Part shown: positions 1-12,703 of the stretch, piece after piece
Numbering within the stretch: the stretch's first letter is position 1
Layout: every line of letters begins with the position of its first letter
Assembly: GCA_000320545.1 (NCBI GenBank)
Contig: ADNK01003464.1
Coordinates: forward strand, 1 to 64,000
DNA length: 64,000 nucleotides
Source: Bigelowiella natans CCMP2755
Lineage: Eukaryota > Protista > Cercozoa
Direction: 5' to 3'
Position numbers and translations under genes: made by a program
Notes under the pieces: generated by a model
Databases searched by the model: none
The model's input: the letters and a program-made list of their open reading frames with translations, nothing else
Told to the model about the DNA's origin: nothing

Positions 1-188
1 AACCCTAACCCCTAACCCTAACCCTAACCCTAACCCTAACCCTAACCCTAACCCTAACCCTAACCCTAACCCTAACCCTAACCCTAACCCTAACCCTAAC
101 CCTAACCTAACCCTAACCCTAACCCTAACCCTAACCCTAACCCTAACCCTAACCCTAACCCTAACCCTAACCCTAACCCTAACCCTAA
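1..188. repeat. Telomeric repeat array (CCCTAA)n, i.e. TTAGGG-type, chromosome left end
   Basis: About 31 near-perfect CCCTAA units from base 1. Confidence 0.98.
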
Positions 189-258
189 GTCCCAAACCCT
201 AAACTTTGAATCCCAAACCCTGAACCAAAATCCTGAACTCCAAATCCTAAATCCAAAC
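189..258. repeat. Degenerate telomere-adjacent repeats, mostly heptameric (CCCTAAA-like)
   Basis: Units cccaaa, ccctaaa, ctttgaa, tcccaaa, ccctgaa, ccaaaa, tcctgaa, ctccaaa, tcctaaa, tccaaa. Confidence 0.75.
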
Positions 259-1258
259 TTTGCTCCGTCGAAAAGTGTTGGCTAGTTTTTTGGACAGCAC
301 ACTTTTTGTGTTGCGATGATGCCTGTCGTGTTGTGCAAGAGGTGATTTGCATCTTGTTCCAATTGGCACCCACACTGCTTGGACAGTTTTTGTCTGATCG
401 TGTCATTGATGGACACGTGTTGTGCACCAGCTCGTTGTTTGCTCACAGCTCCGTCAAACCTGCAACGAATCGCCAGAACGTGTTTTTGAAGCTTTTGCGC
501 GCCACCAAGCGCGTCATGCAACGTGCATTGCATTTGTTCGCATTTCTTTGGAATTTTTCGTGCATGTCACACTTGGTCAAACACACGCGCAAAAGCACTC
601 AAAATGTGGCAGAGAACAAACGCGCAGCGTGCATCCTCTGCACAACGGGTGTGAATTTTCACACTCTGCGCGCTCACTGTGGCCCTGAAAATGGACATTT
701 GGGTCAATGTTTTGGTCATTTTTTGAGGTTTGGCCATCGGACAAGTTCTGATGACTTTTCTTTGACCAACTGCAACTGCCTGCTGCTTCAAAGCGCGTGG
801 CAAAGCGCTGCACTGTTCACAAACCCGTCGTCACCGGGTTTGACGGAGCTGTGCTAGCTCTGTTTTGTGTGTTTGAATTTGTTTTTGTTTTTTTTGCGTG
901 CGCTGTGCTCAAAACAAAACTGACAGGCAGACCAGTCCATGTGCTTGTTGCAATTTAGGCATTTAGGCATCAACCTTTTTCATCAATGTGGATGCATGAC
1001 GTCAAATCAAGCAAGGCGCTTTGTTCAGGATCATCCTGGCACATGCTAGCATGAGCTCAGTTTCATTTTTTTGTGGGTGCAGCCATGTTTGAGCTCATGG
1101 GACGACGAAGACCACGTTCATCAATTTGCATGACGCCATGCATGACAAACAATGATCGACCAAGTCGTGATGTTTGAGGCAAGTGGTGTTTGCCAACACC
1201 CATCAACAATGAGAGTAATGTGCAGTGTCAAAGCAAACACACATGTTGTGCACGTGGA
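250..1258. other. TpA-depleted subtelomeric island 1
   Basis: By-eye count of 6 TpA in about 1 kb (3 CTAG, 2 TTAG, 1 GTAA), none in 286-853; rich in TGCA/CATG/CACA/TGTG; CpG retained. Confidence 0.92.
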
Positions 1259-3651
1259 CTATTCTTGAACCTTGCAGACGACATCTTTCTGTCTCAATAG
1301 TAAATATTTCTCTCCTTGTTCTGGTCCATGGAAAATATTGAGATTCTCGTTTCGAAACATCACTCGATCCCCCGCTACAAATTCGTTTGGTTTCAATTCG
1401 CCGGACATTGGGTCTTTTATTCCTGGGCCTGCTTTAACCACGACAGCGAGAGTTGTTTGTCCAGATAGGCGTGTATTGAGCAGTAATCCAGCTTTTGTTT
1501 CTTGCGGGGGTTCTTCCATTTTCATTACCATCCAATCATCGAATGGTTCTAACTCGTAGATTTCCCTCTCACTAGCCTACACAAAGAAGAGAGCAATCGA
1601 TCTTTACATTGATGGCAATGGTCGCGGTGATAAAAAACAGTGGCTACATCAATTAGAATCGCGATTGCATGTTTGATACGTTGCAAATATTGAAAAAAAA
1701 AAAGAAAACAAAACTTAATTTTATTGGTAAATAATAACCAAGGACATACTTTCACCATTGAGAACATTAAAATATTTGGGTTAGCTTAATTCTTACAAAT
1801 GGCATTTTCCCGCAGATATAGCTCGCATCGATTACATTCCATGAGTCAATCCCAGTATCTATCTCGGTTCCACCTCCTACTATCATCACAAAATCGTTCT
1901 CCTACATATTATTCAAAACAATTCCATAATACCATAGACCGAGCAGAATGTGAGGCAACAATAACAAAATAACAGTACAATGTATTTAATGCAAGACCCT
2001 GAGCATAATCCTTTACCAACTGTTAATATAATAAATATATGTATAATTTCTTAAGGTGTATGTGTACATGTGCAGGTACACATGCATAACAAATAGCCTC
2101 AACATCCATGTATAATCATCATCACCACCACCACCATCATCATCATCATCTAAATGCAATAATCATTCCATCGATTCTAATTCACTTGCTCCTCTTAATA
2201 GATATAGCAATGCTATCTCTTTCTTATTACCTCAATTTATTCGATTAGAATGTGATTTCTATCTCTCTCATTACCTCAATAGATTCGATTGGAATGTGAT
2301 TTCCATCCTTTATTCGGCCTGGTGCTTTCCTTACAACGTGACCACATTGTGGGCGCTGTCTTTTTCCACCAACAAGAAAGATCCCCCCATCCTCTTTAGG
2401 TTCAGGAGCCATTCGAAGAAGGGCAGAGTTAAACAAGGGTTTCAGATTTTCAATATCTGTATAATCCGGGTTCTCACGTGGCATAACACCAATAACGTCA
2501 CCCTCCGGCATCATCATAACCTCCTTTCCATCCTCCTCCAACTTAAGTTTGATTCTTCCCACAGCGTATGTTGTAAAAAGAAGAGTATCACCAGCCTAAG
2601 CAAAAAAGTGTATGATTACCATTTCGTAAATTTAACGACGATAAGAAAATTTTGATTTGTGAGCCACCCCCACGAATAGATTCCTCATATGTCTGTGAAA
2701 CCACCCATCCTTCCCATGAAGAGATTCTTCATACTTCGCGAAAAAATCAAAATTAACCTCAATTTTTCTTTCCCCTCTATTTCATGATTGAAATTTTTCA
2801 TTTGTGTTTGGATATACGTGAAATCGTACGACAGGGCAAAATTTTACTCAAATCCAACACTACTACCTTGACTTGAAATGTATGGGTCTTTCCTCCCTCT
2901 AACTCTCCATCCCCAACAGCGACAACTGTTCCAAATCCAGGCCTCGATTGAAGGGAGGACGGGAGGAGTATGCCTCTGCAAAAAATGCGATTCAGATTAA
3001 CTACGCTTTTATAATGTAATAGAATTGTTCTGTCTTCTGATTCTTTAATTTTTATGATGCAAGAATAGAGCATACCCGCTTGATTCTTCTTTTGCTTTTG
3101 GCACGTCAAGTAAAATTCTGTCCCCACGGGCAGATACCGTCTTGTATTTAGCAGGAATTACCATCTGCGTCTCTGCATACTGCTCGACTGCTCTCATCCT
3201 TTTATTTTGCATCTTTATCGTAGAATGGATAGTGCTCGTTGGACGTGTCATCATGGGATTACTACCCATCTGTTGGAGTTCAGGCGTTAGTATTGATATC
3301 AAGCGCAGAGTGTTAGAATTTAATCTCTCTGAAATGGAAACTATAAAGTGCACTTACTGGTATTGAGGAAAACCCCGTTTTTCCAACTTGACCAACATGC
3401 CCATGTTGGACACCATACTGTACGGAAGTAGCTTTCGTGCCATGGGTGAGATTAAGCAACTGTAGTGCCAAGAGTACCACTCCTGCTACCATCAGTAAGA
3501 GATGATATCGACGCTTACACATTCTTATTGGATGTTGATCAAGTTCGAAGCGCGCCGAAATGTCCCTGCTTGAGTTGTCTAAGTTATGATATTCTACGAG
3601 ATGATCGTAGCCGTCCTCTGTACAAGGGGGGGTCCTTGATAAGAAGACCAT
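1259..3651 (-). CDS. Plastid-targeted co-chaperonin (Cpn10/GroES family, Cpn20-like) with three tandem GroES domains; multi-exon
   Basis: Spliced exons give domain 1 ARGDRILLDVPKAKEESSG/GILLPSS..GTVVAVGDG..VK/AGDTLLF..EGDVIGV, domain 2 LKPLFNSALL..DGGIFLVG..GHVVRKAPG, and domain 3 LEPFDDWMVMK..TKAGLLL..VVVKAGPG..AGDRVMF..YLLLRQKDVVCKV. N-terminal hydrophobic stretch LLLMVAGVVLLALQLL is followed by a transit-like region. GT-AG introns. Confidence 0.9.
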
Positions 3652-3956
3652 GCGGTGCTCCGAGATTAAACGTAAGAAATATTAGAAAGCAAATATTACC
3701 AGAAATTTTGCCATTTTAATAATCCTTATGCTGTCGCTTGGACTATTTATGGTTGTGATTACTATAATATCATTATCCGTATCACACTTTTGAATGACAC
3801 TTAAGTCTTATTCGAGATTTAAGTCTCTTCGGTTGGCGTATTTTAGGTATATTCTGGTACACATTTGGCATGAAATTCTGGCGATGGCTACAACAGAAAC
3901 AACATGCATGTAGATGCACCGTGACAATAACATACTCATCTATCAATGTTACCATG

Positions 3957-4133
3957 ATCGATCACATTATGATAAATTTTATACCGGCTAATTACCACTC
4001 GATATCCTGCTATGATTTCATCTCTTGATCTACTTACTTATAATACTCACTTGATCACATTTTGATAAATTTTATACGGGCTAATTACCACTCGATATCC
4101 TGCTATGTCATCATCTCTTGATCTACTTACTTA
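3957..4133. repeat. Tandem duplication (about 95-nt period) in the divergent promoter/5' region
   Basis: gatcacatt.tgataaattttatac.ggctaattaccactcgatatcctgctatg...tcatctcttgatctacttactta occurs twice. Confidence 0.85.
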
Positions 4134-4549
4134 CCTCACATCCATTATTACATTCCAATAAGACAAGAGCAAGGGGAAGGGACTTCCACTGGCCTTGTGA
4201 GGTGCTGCTCGTAGCTGCCCTGGCCAATTAGGAAAGGGAACTCAAGAACAGAGAATAAAGCTCCAAAAACTTATAGAGGTTTCTTACTCCCCACCCACCA
4301 GATATAAAAAAAAGACATTCCTGCACATGTACAAAAAGTATTTCCAATTCATACAACTCGTAGAATCAAAGGGAGGAGGCATCTATAAATGACAACGAGA
4401 AATACGGGGGACAAACTCAAGAATATGATACACCTGTACACAACGTATACATGCTATGAAACAAGGAGTAAACAAACATAAAACATGTGTGGATGTCGAG
4501 GTAGATGACCCTTTTTCACAGCAGGAGAATAAGCATCAATTGATTGATC

Positions 4550-5018
4550 ATGTTCAAGAGGAGGGTGTTTGATGCTTTAGCAGGCCATAAGACAGGTTAG
4601 GTTATATAGATCCGAAACTACCACTCTTTCAATACCCTCTCCATAAATGCTATTCATTTTTTAAAGTTGACGCCGCATTCGATGATCTTGGCGCCAAACT
4701 TGAAGATCTTGAAAAAAGATGCAAGGCTTTCACAAAGGTAATACGGGTTAGATATCAAATCACCATCATAATTATAATCATAATGTTATGATTATTGTCA
4801 TTGATTATACCGCAAATAAATGTCTTAACGGTTCTACCTAATAGACACCACTTCTACAAACTTATAGAATGAATAATGCACACTTGTTTCACTACTTATT
4901 AGATTACTTCCACGTACCTGAAAAACCTTAAAGGCTTCCAAGATGTAAAGAATATTTTTGAACAGCTTCCATTTCTTTTCTTGCAAGATATTTAAAATAT
5001 ATAGATTAAATCAATCAA

Positions 5019-5057
<39 letters not shown>

Positions 5058-5817
5058 TGTCGTAAGGTTACGGGAGAGGGGGACGCATGTACAGAGAGGT
5101 AAGATATGTAAGAATCGAAAAATATACATAATCAAGGGAGACTCGACTATACTTCTGGAGTGTATTTGTCTGAAGCAGCTCCAGAATTCCACATAATATC
5201 ACAATCTAAATCCACTCAAAAGCTACTCAGAATTACACATAATATCCCAATCTAAATCCACTCAAAAGCTACTCAGAATTACTCATAATATCCCAATCTA
5301 AATCCATTCAAAAGCTACTCAGAATTACATATATAATATCCCAATCTGAATCAAAAGCTACTCAGAATTACATATATAATATCCCAATCTGAATCAAAAG
5401 CTACTCAGAATTACATATATAATATCCCAATCTGAATCCGGGTGGTCGTCTATTCTGATGCTTGGAGCAAACATAGTTATTATATATGCTTTCTCAGAGC
5501 GCTATGTCAGCAGCTGGGAACATGAATAGTTATTATATATGGTTTTCTCAGAGCGCCATGTCAGCAGCTGGGAACATGAAGGGTTATTACGAGGTAGTAA
5601 CGTGTCTCCATCAATTGGCTAGGATGCTTCCCTGTTCTGTACACCCCCTCTAACATAACAAACTCCTAAATATTATTATCACTAAACATGCTCTTATTAA
5701 TACATGTTGTCACAACATTTCGTACGTACATACGTTTGTACTATAGGAACAGCAAAGCGAGCCTATGTTCAAGCTACTGGATAAACTTCATATGTTTTCC
5801 AAAGACAGTTGCGAGAG

Positions 5818-5850
<33 letters not shown>

Positions 5851-6041
5851 CTTCCCCAAAGATATATAAGAGTGTTAGCAACCGCATAATATATATATAT
5901 ATATACTTCCAATGTTAGGTTAAACAAATGTGAACAACACAGATCTCAAAACATTACACCTTTTTGTGTTTCGCTATCTTATCTCCCTTCTAATGATTGC
6001 AGCAATCTTTGCATCATCTTAACTGAGAGAGAGAGAGCGAG

Positions 6042-6087
<46 letters not shown>

Positions 6088-7049
6088 TTTAATTCCCTAT
6101 TTCTGCCAAACTAATTGAACTTAAATGACTATCCATTTATATAAAATGTTGGACCTGTATGCATCGCCTTCTTCTACACAGAAAAATACCCTTTATTGCA
6201 AAAAACAGTGGATGAGCAAGTATCTGCTGCGCTCAACAAGTTGCACGAGGTAGTGGACAAATTTAGTGACGGTGATGATGAAGCCAAGTGTGGTGGTGAT
6301 ATAGTATATTGATGTTGATGAAGATGTGGAAGTTCATGGAGCAGATGATAAGATGATGATTCGAATGTGAAAGTGGAAGTTCTATGCAGCAGATGATAAG
6401 ATGATGATTCGAATGTCAATGAAAGAGATTGTGAAGAGGATGAACATCTATAGTCTAATGTGTTGAGAGGAGAGAAAACATTCCTACAAGCACTGAGTGG
6501 CTGGTCAAAATTATGACGAAAAATAATGTGGTGGTGAATAATTATGATGCGCAGAAACTTGCATACGTGAAGGGGCGCATGAAATTGAGGAATGATGCTC
6601 GGATTAAGTAAGTTGTGCATTGAGTAGGAGCAACTTTGTTTTAAGCATTACTACTTGAATCGAGGGCAGCATTGTATTTTTATCCGTTACTGCTATTGTT
6701 ACTGTTCTTATTACACGTCGTGCATATTTTGCCACACATTGTTAAGTTTTGATCATTACAATGGCAAAATGTCCGGCCTTCGCAAAGAACGTGAAAAGGT
6801 CATACGTCCTCATATTTTTGGTGCTCCTCCTCCTCCTCCTCCTCCTCCTCCTCCTCCTCCTAAGGACACGATAGGATATATAATCTGCATATATAATTTC
6901 AAATAAGATGATAAGATAGGATATATGAATACATTTCTTATTTAGATCATAGCGAATGGACAACTTGCTGGTTGGAAGAATAAGGTTAAATAATAATAAC
7001 ACGGTGATATACTACTGTAGTGTATTATGATAAATGTGGACTACCTCAC

Positions 7050-7086
<37 letters not shown>

Positions 7087-7687
7087 GCTACTTCCCCTTC
7101 ATGACGTCATGCGGGGTCTGTAATGTGCTGCTGGTAATAAGACTTTTGAGTCAACAAACAATGATGATGATCACTCACCCAGAAGGCAGCAGAGATGGTC
7201 TATCTGCTGCTGTAAAGCATAATATGCGGACAAACAAATAATAGTATATGCGCACATGTTAATGTTGATGAGTATTTTGCTAACGAATTCATTCACACTT
7301 GTACTGTATGTTGTAAAAACGACGTTAGGATAAATTTGAAAGGAATGAGAAGAAGTATCAGGCGGCAAGAGACCAATACGAGAGAACAAACGGTCATGAT
7401 TAATCTTTTTATTTAATGAAATTAAGTTAAAGCAATTATGAGATACCACCACTGCCATTAAAATCGTCGTCATGATCATGATTACCACCACCGACGTATC
7501 TATGCACTAACTACCCATTTATTGCCTCTCTTAGCTGCCGTGATTGAGGAAATGAAAGAGCTTTATGAGACCCGATTTCAGTACATAAATGCAATGTGCA
7601 GTGGTTTCATCAAGATGCAAAGTAGTATACTCTCATTCTATAATAATAACTGATAATAGCAATCATAATCCATGAGCAGTATTGTTA

Positions 7688-7722
<35 letters not shown>

Positions 7723-8903
7723 TAGCATTTTATTCTAATCAAACGCATTTCTCGGTGGGTAAATTGACGGTCCCATATCATCGATTATGTATGCATGTAT
7801 GAATGAGTGTATGAATGTATGAATATATATATAATATAAATATATATATATGAAAGTATATATGCATATGGCAGACAGAAGGGCATTTGATAATATTTTT
7901 TGATGATTCTCTCTCTCTCTCTCTCCCTCTCTTATCAGTGTACTATTTCGCCGCATATGGAAAAGCATGTTCTTCTTACATCGGTCCTCTAAAGCAAGTG
8001 GTTGCAGGTGATTATTTGAATTTCTTATCAGCATTGGCAGCTCAGTGCGCCACCATATGATTTATGTTGGTGATTTGATGTGTATAGGTACGACACAATC
8101 TACTATTTCAAGTGGGACTACTAGGTCCAGAGATTCCAAAGTAAAAGACAAACAACTACTTATAAACCGAAAATAAACTAACGAACTATACATTCCGTTT
8201 GTATGATAACCCCCCCCCCCCCCCCTTTTTGTGTTTTCTAGTGCCGAAAATATCTTCGTTGTACATATTGTTTATATTGGTATTCACAAAGACAAATGAT
8301 GGTTTATGTTATCTTTTTCATGCTATTATTACATTACAAAGGGTGATAACGGAAGTCCAAATTCGTCTCCAACTGCTGCAGCAACAGCATTATCATCATC
8401 TCCACCACCATCTTCAAGCACAAATGGGTAATACTCATTTTATCAAGAAAACTTGGTAGTTGTTTTGTTCCATTGGTTGCACTTTTGTTCTCGACTAGAT
8501 GTTGTGTGTGCTACAATTTGAATTTGATATATTTGGTCAACAATCAGGACGATGCAAAAATCGATTGGAGATTCCAGGGAAAAAAAGGCTACGACAGCAG
8601 AAATGCCCCCAGCCCCAACTAGAAGTAGACGCAAAAAAGCCAATAAAAAGGTAAAAATGGATTCCCTTTCCTAGAATTCTCATAGAATTCCCATGAAAAT
8701 TAAGCTTTATGGATTAAAGAATATATACAGATGTTGGTATGTGTGCGCATATATTCTCTATAATTCCAAATATACTGTTTGTCTTTGCATATATTATATA
8801 TAGAAATACACACACATACGCACACACGTATGAGAAGGATGTAATGAGTGGATAAATTATATCCCATCAATAGTCATCCTAATATAGCTGTGCAAAGCGG
8901 CGG

Positions 8904-8965
<62 letters not shown>

Positions 8966-9289
8966 ATCTTTCTGACGCAGTGGTATTCGTCATGCTTGAG
9001 AGTATCGATGATAAAAACTGATTTTACATCTTAATTATCTGATATTAATCATTGATTGCACTCATCATATACATGTGCGTAGGCATCCCAACCTGCCATG
9101 CCAAGTGCCCCACCACCTCCCACCCCTCCAAAGAGTCGCAGTCGCTCCCCCCAACCAATCAGCAGACAACAGCAGCCAAATGGTCCAGCGAGTACGTGGA
9201 AAAACCAACCTATCACTCCAGGAGGCCCCTCTGCTCCGCCATCAGCTCCTACTCAAACGAATAACGTTTTTGACGATTTTGAATTCTGA
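4550..9289 (+). CDS. BAR-domain protein (amphiphysin/Rvs-like) with Pro-rich C-terminus; multi-exon
   Basis: Exons join to MFKRRVFDALAGHKT/VDAAFDDLGAKLEDLEKRCKAFTK/ITSTYLKNLKGFQD/SAMSAAGNMKGYYE/...RNDARINFDHYNGKMSGLRKEREK/..DKFERNEKKYQAARDQYERTN/AAVIEEMKELYETRFQYI; ends PSAPPPPTPP...NNVFDDFEF*. Confidence 0.8.
5190..5437. repeat. Intronic minisatellite, about 6 copies of a 41-44 nt unit
   Basis: Unit cataatatcccaatctaaatccactcaaaagctactcagaatta repeated head to tail. Confidence 0.9.
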
Positions 9290-9902
9290 CGAGAATTGTC
9301 ACTCATGCATGCAGCTAGAAATATGTGTAAGAATTTCCACTGCGATATTTGTTGTAGCGATTAAGGACAAGTTGATCATACATTATTGTGACTTAGATGG
9401 GCATGGAAATAATCACACGGATCAGGTTGATCTGTTGTTGTGTAGTGTGGCAGTGTGGAAGTGTAGAACATGTCTTCGCTTTGCATGTGTGAACGGCGGA
9501 AGCGCTTAGCAAGCGCAATAAGACCTCGAAAATTAACTATTTTATTTGTCATGTGACGACTGCAACACTGCATGCTTATTGATATTATTCAAATAAATCG
9601 CCATACGACACAGGCGGCCGCAACACGGCAAAATAAACCCTGTGCATGCATCGAAATTGTGTGTGCGCTAGTTATTATAGCCAAGCGACACTGTTATTTG
9701 CAATTGATGTCGATCATCATTATGGAATTGTTTTTCATCATCATGGCATGTATATCTAGTATATGTGTACTAAATCTAGTAAATGTAGTCTAGATGCGAA
9801 TTGCGCCTCGGTATCATGCGTGACGAGGCATCTTAAATCTCGACACTACGTACAGCAAAATGAAACAGACAGAGTGCATTTTAGCATTGCCATTGCAAGC
9901 AA

Positions 9903-10162
9903 TCACCCTAAAAGTTTGATGGCCCGCATGACACGTTTGCGTTGGCCGCCTTTTGTAATGCCATAGCTAATGAGATCTTGTTCGGTGGTTTCCTTCAAAT
10001 CAATACCCATCAATTCCTGCTCTTCGATGGCTTCGAGAGTCATTGCGTTTATTCGAAGGCCCTTTGTCTCATTCACCGACTTTAGCCATTCCATTGTTTG
10101 TTTCTCATCCCACGATTCTGAAGCCGAAGAAAGATCGAGTGACTTTGCCACTTTGCTTTCGC

Positions 10163-10211
<49 letters not shown>

Positions 10212-11387
10212 ATTAACATTCGCTGTACGACTTTTCGTCACTGTCTTTATATTTCCAGGAGATTTCGCAGGTGACTTAAATTCCGGAATCGGCCCAGCAC
10301 CGAGCACTTTCCACTGTACAACAGACTTGTCGTTACCACCGACAGAGAGGACACGTGTACCGCAAGGCGTGAAGCGTACACGCGTGACGTGAGAAGAATG
10401 ACCGGAAAAACGATGCTTAGAGTTTTCCGTTTCAAGTACAGGATAGCGCATGAGATTGACATTCCCATGGTCGTCTCCAGATACTACAAGGCCAAGAGCT
10501 TGACAAACGTCTACTGCATTGACGTCAGTTCCATCCATATCAGAATCCCACACCCCCTGCGTACCCCATGATAGTGCACACGTATTACTAGCCCATGAAA
10601 CGTCGCGCAACGACGTTGCATGTGGATTTTGCTTCGATTTGGATGGATTCTCGAGGTCAATATTGTAAAAAAGGAGCTCGTAGGCACGGTCGTTAGTGCG
10701 GAGCTGTCGTGAATCGGACGACCAATCAAGTGAAGTGATAGACGAGTTTGAGGATTTGAGCGTTGAAACAACTTGGTAAGATGAAGTAGTGTCTAGAAGG
10801 CATACCACCATACCGTGGGTTCCCACAGCAAGTAACGAGGAGCATGGAGAATATTGCATAGCCTCAATCCAGGACATCTTTTGTGCTTGGCCTTTTCTCT
10901 GCCTCCTATGCGCCTTTTATCATTAACAATGATGATGACGATGATGATGATGATTACGATAATGTAGACGGTGGCAGTGGTAGTGGTAGTGGTAGAGGTA
11001 CAAGTAATGGTGGTGCTGGTGGTGGTGACTATGCTACTACTAAAAGTTGAGACGACGATAAGGTTATTGCAGTCAACATGGGGGGGGGGGTGGGTGGTCC
11101 AAATATAATATTGTGCGAAGGCAAACATGTAATCTGTATACTAGTTCTCGCTTCTTTCACATATCATCCTACACCTTATCCATTGGGTATGAAGGTACCA
11201 GCAGCAAAAACAAAGATTATTATCGGTGACACATGTATAATACCTTACTATATGAGTTCAAATTGATTGGCTGCTTCATTAGGGGCTTGAAAGTTTTGGC
11301 GTCCATTACAACAACACATCTGGTTGATGTATTATGCCGAAGGGAGGAGAAAAAGTCAATGAATGCACTATCCTTATCATTATTATC

Positions 11388-11418
<31 letters not shown>

Positions 11419-12663
11419 TCATCACCATCACATGTCACTATTCCTTTGTCTTTTTCTTTTGTTAACGACCCTTTCTTCATGCACTATCCTGATGATCGTC
11501 ATATTATTTGTACTACTACAACCCGTCGTTTCTCCCAATTGCAATATGTCCCAATTGCTTAGATAACACCACTGCCCGACCGCACCGAAAACTTGGCATT
11601 CGTGACAAAGTTGAAGCACCTAAAGATGATGATGACAACGATAAGAATGCAACGTGTAACAATAAAAATAACGAGATTATCATACTGATTTCTGGTGATG
11701 CCCAAGATAATCATTGAATGTTTCGGGCCATAATTAGTGAGACGATAGATACTTTTTCATTTTAATTAACAGTAAGTTACGTATTACAAAATAACAGTAG
11801 GTCATATTGGTATAATAATAATAACAATAATAATAGGGATGATGTTGATCAATCACCGAGTAAGCGCCGAGGACTACGCGTAGTCGTCTTCCCTTTCCTT
11901 GCATCAGCTGGTGCTGCTTCTCCTAAAGGCATAACTTTTACTGGTAGATGAGCCTGGTGAGCGAGAGACCACTGAATGATTTCATCATCCTCTCCACACG
12001 TATAAAATTCAGGACCATCTGTTACATCAAGCCCCCACAGCTCTCCCTCAAAATGACCAGAAATCAGAACCCGGGGCTCTATATGACAACCGCAATCGTA
12101 TATGGACGACGAAGATTTGACGATGAAAACGACACCATTAAATGCAAAAGAAGATAAAAATTAGTACGGAGAGAATACCAACAAACAGGTGTTAGTGGCA
12201 AGCGAAGTAGTTACGTACTTGAAGGAGTAGTAGACATATTGATAGGCAGCTCGTACACCCTTCCGTGTGATGTACCAACGATAAGTGCAGGATATCCTCT
12301 ACTAGCACTATTTTCTTTTTCCACTGGGAGAAGACTGCGGACCTTACCAAGGAACTTAACTTTAGTGGCCTTTTCCTTCCACCTATTATCAAGAAAGCGA
12401 ACATATCCATCTTTCCCCCCTGTGGCGATTCCTATTTGGAAAAAGTGAGTGATTTGTTGATGATAGCCGTTGATCTGAGTTAATACTAGTAGTAAGTTTA
12501 TAATTTCTAGTCATTATTGTTACCCCCTGTAGGCAGTGGACTTATTGCAAAAATTGGCCCTTTGTGCACTTTCTAATATTAGTAATTTAGCGGTGAGGTT
12601 AAACTTTAACAGAAAGTACAATAAACTCTTTAGTGTAATTGTACACACACACACACACACACA

Positions 12664-12703
<40 letters not shown>

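Noticed and set aside
5190-5437. CRISPR-like array
   Set aside because: Head-to-tail minisatellite without unique spacers, inside a eukaryotic intron; no cas genes.
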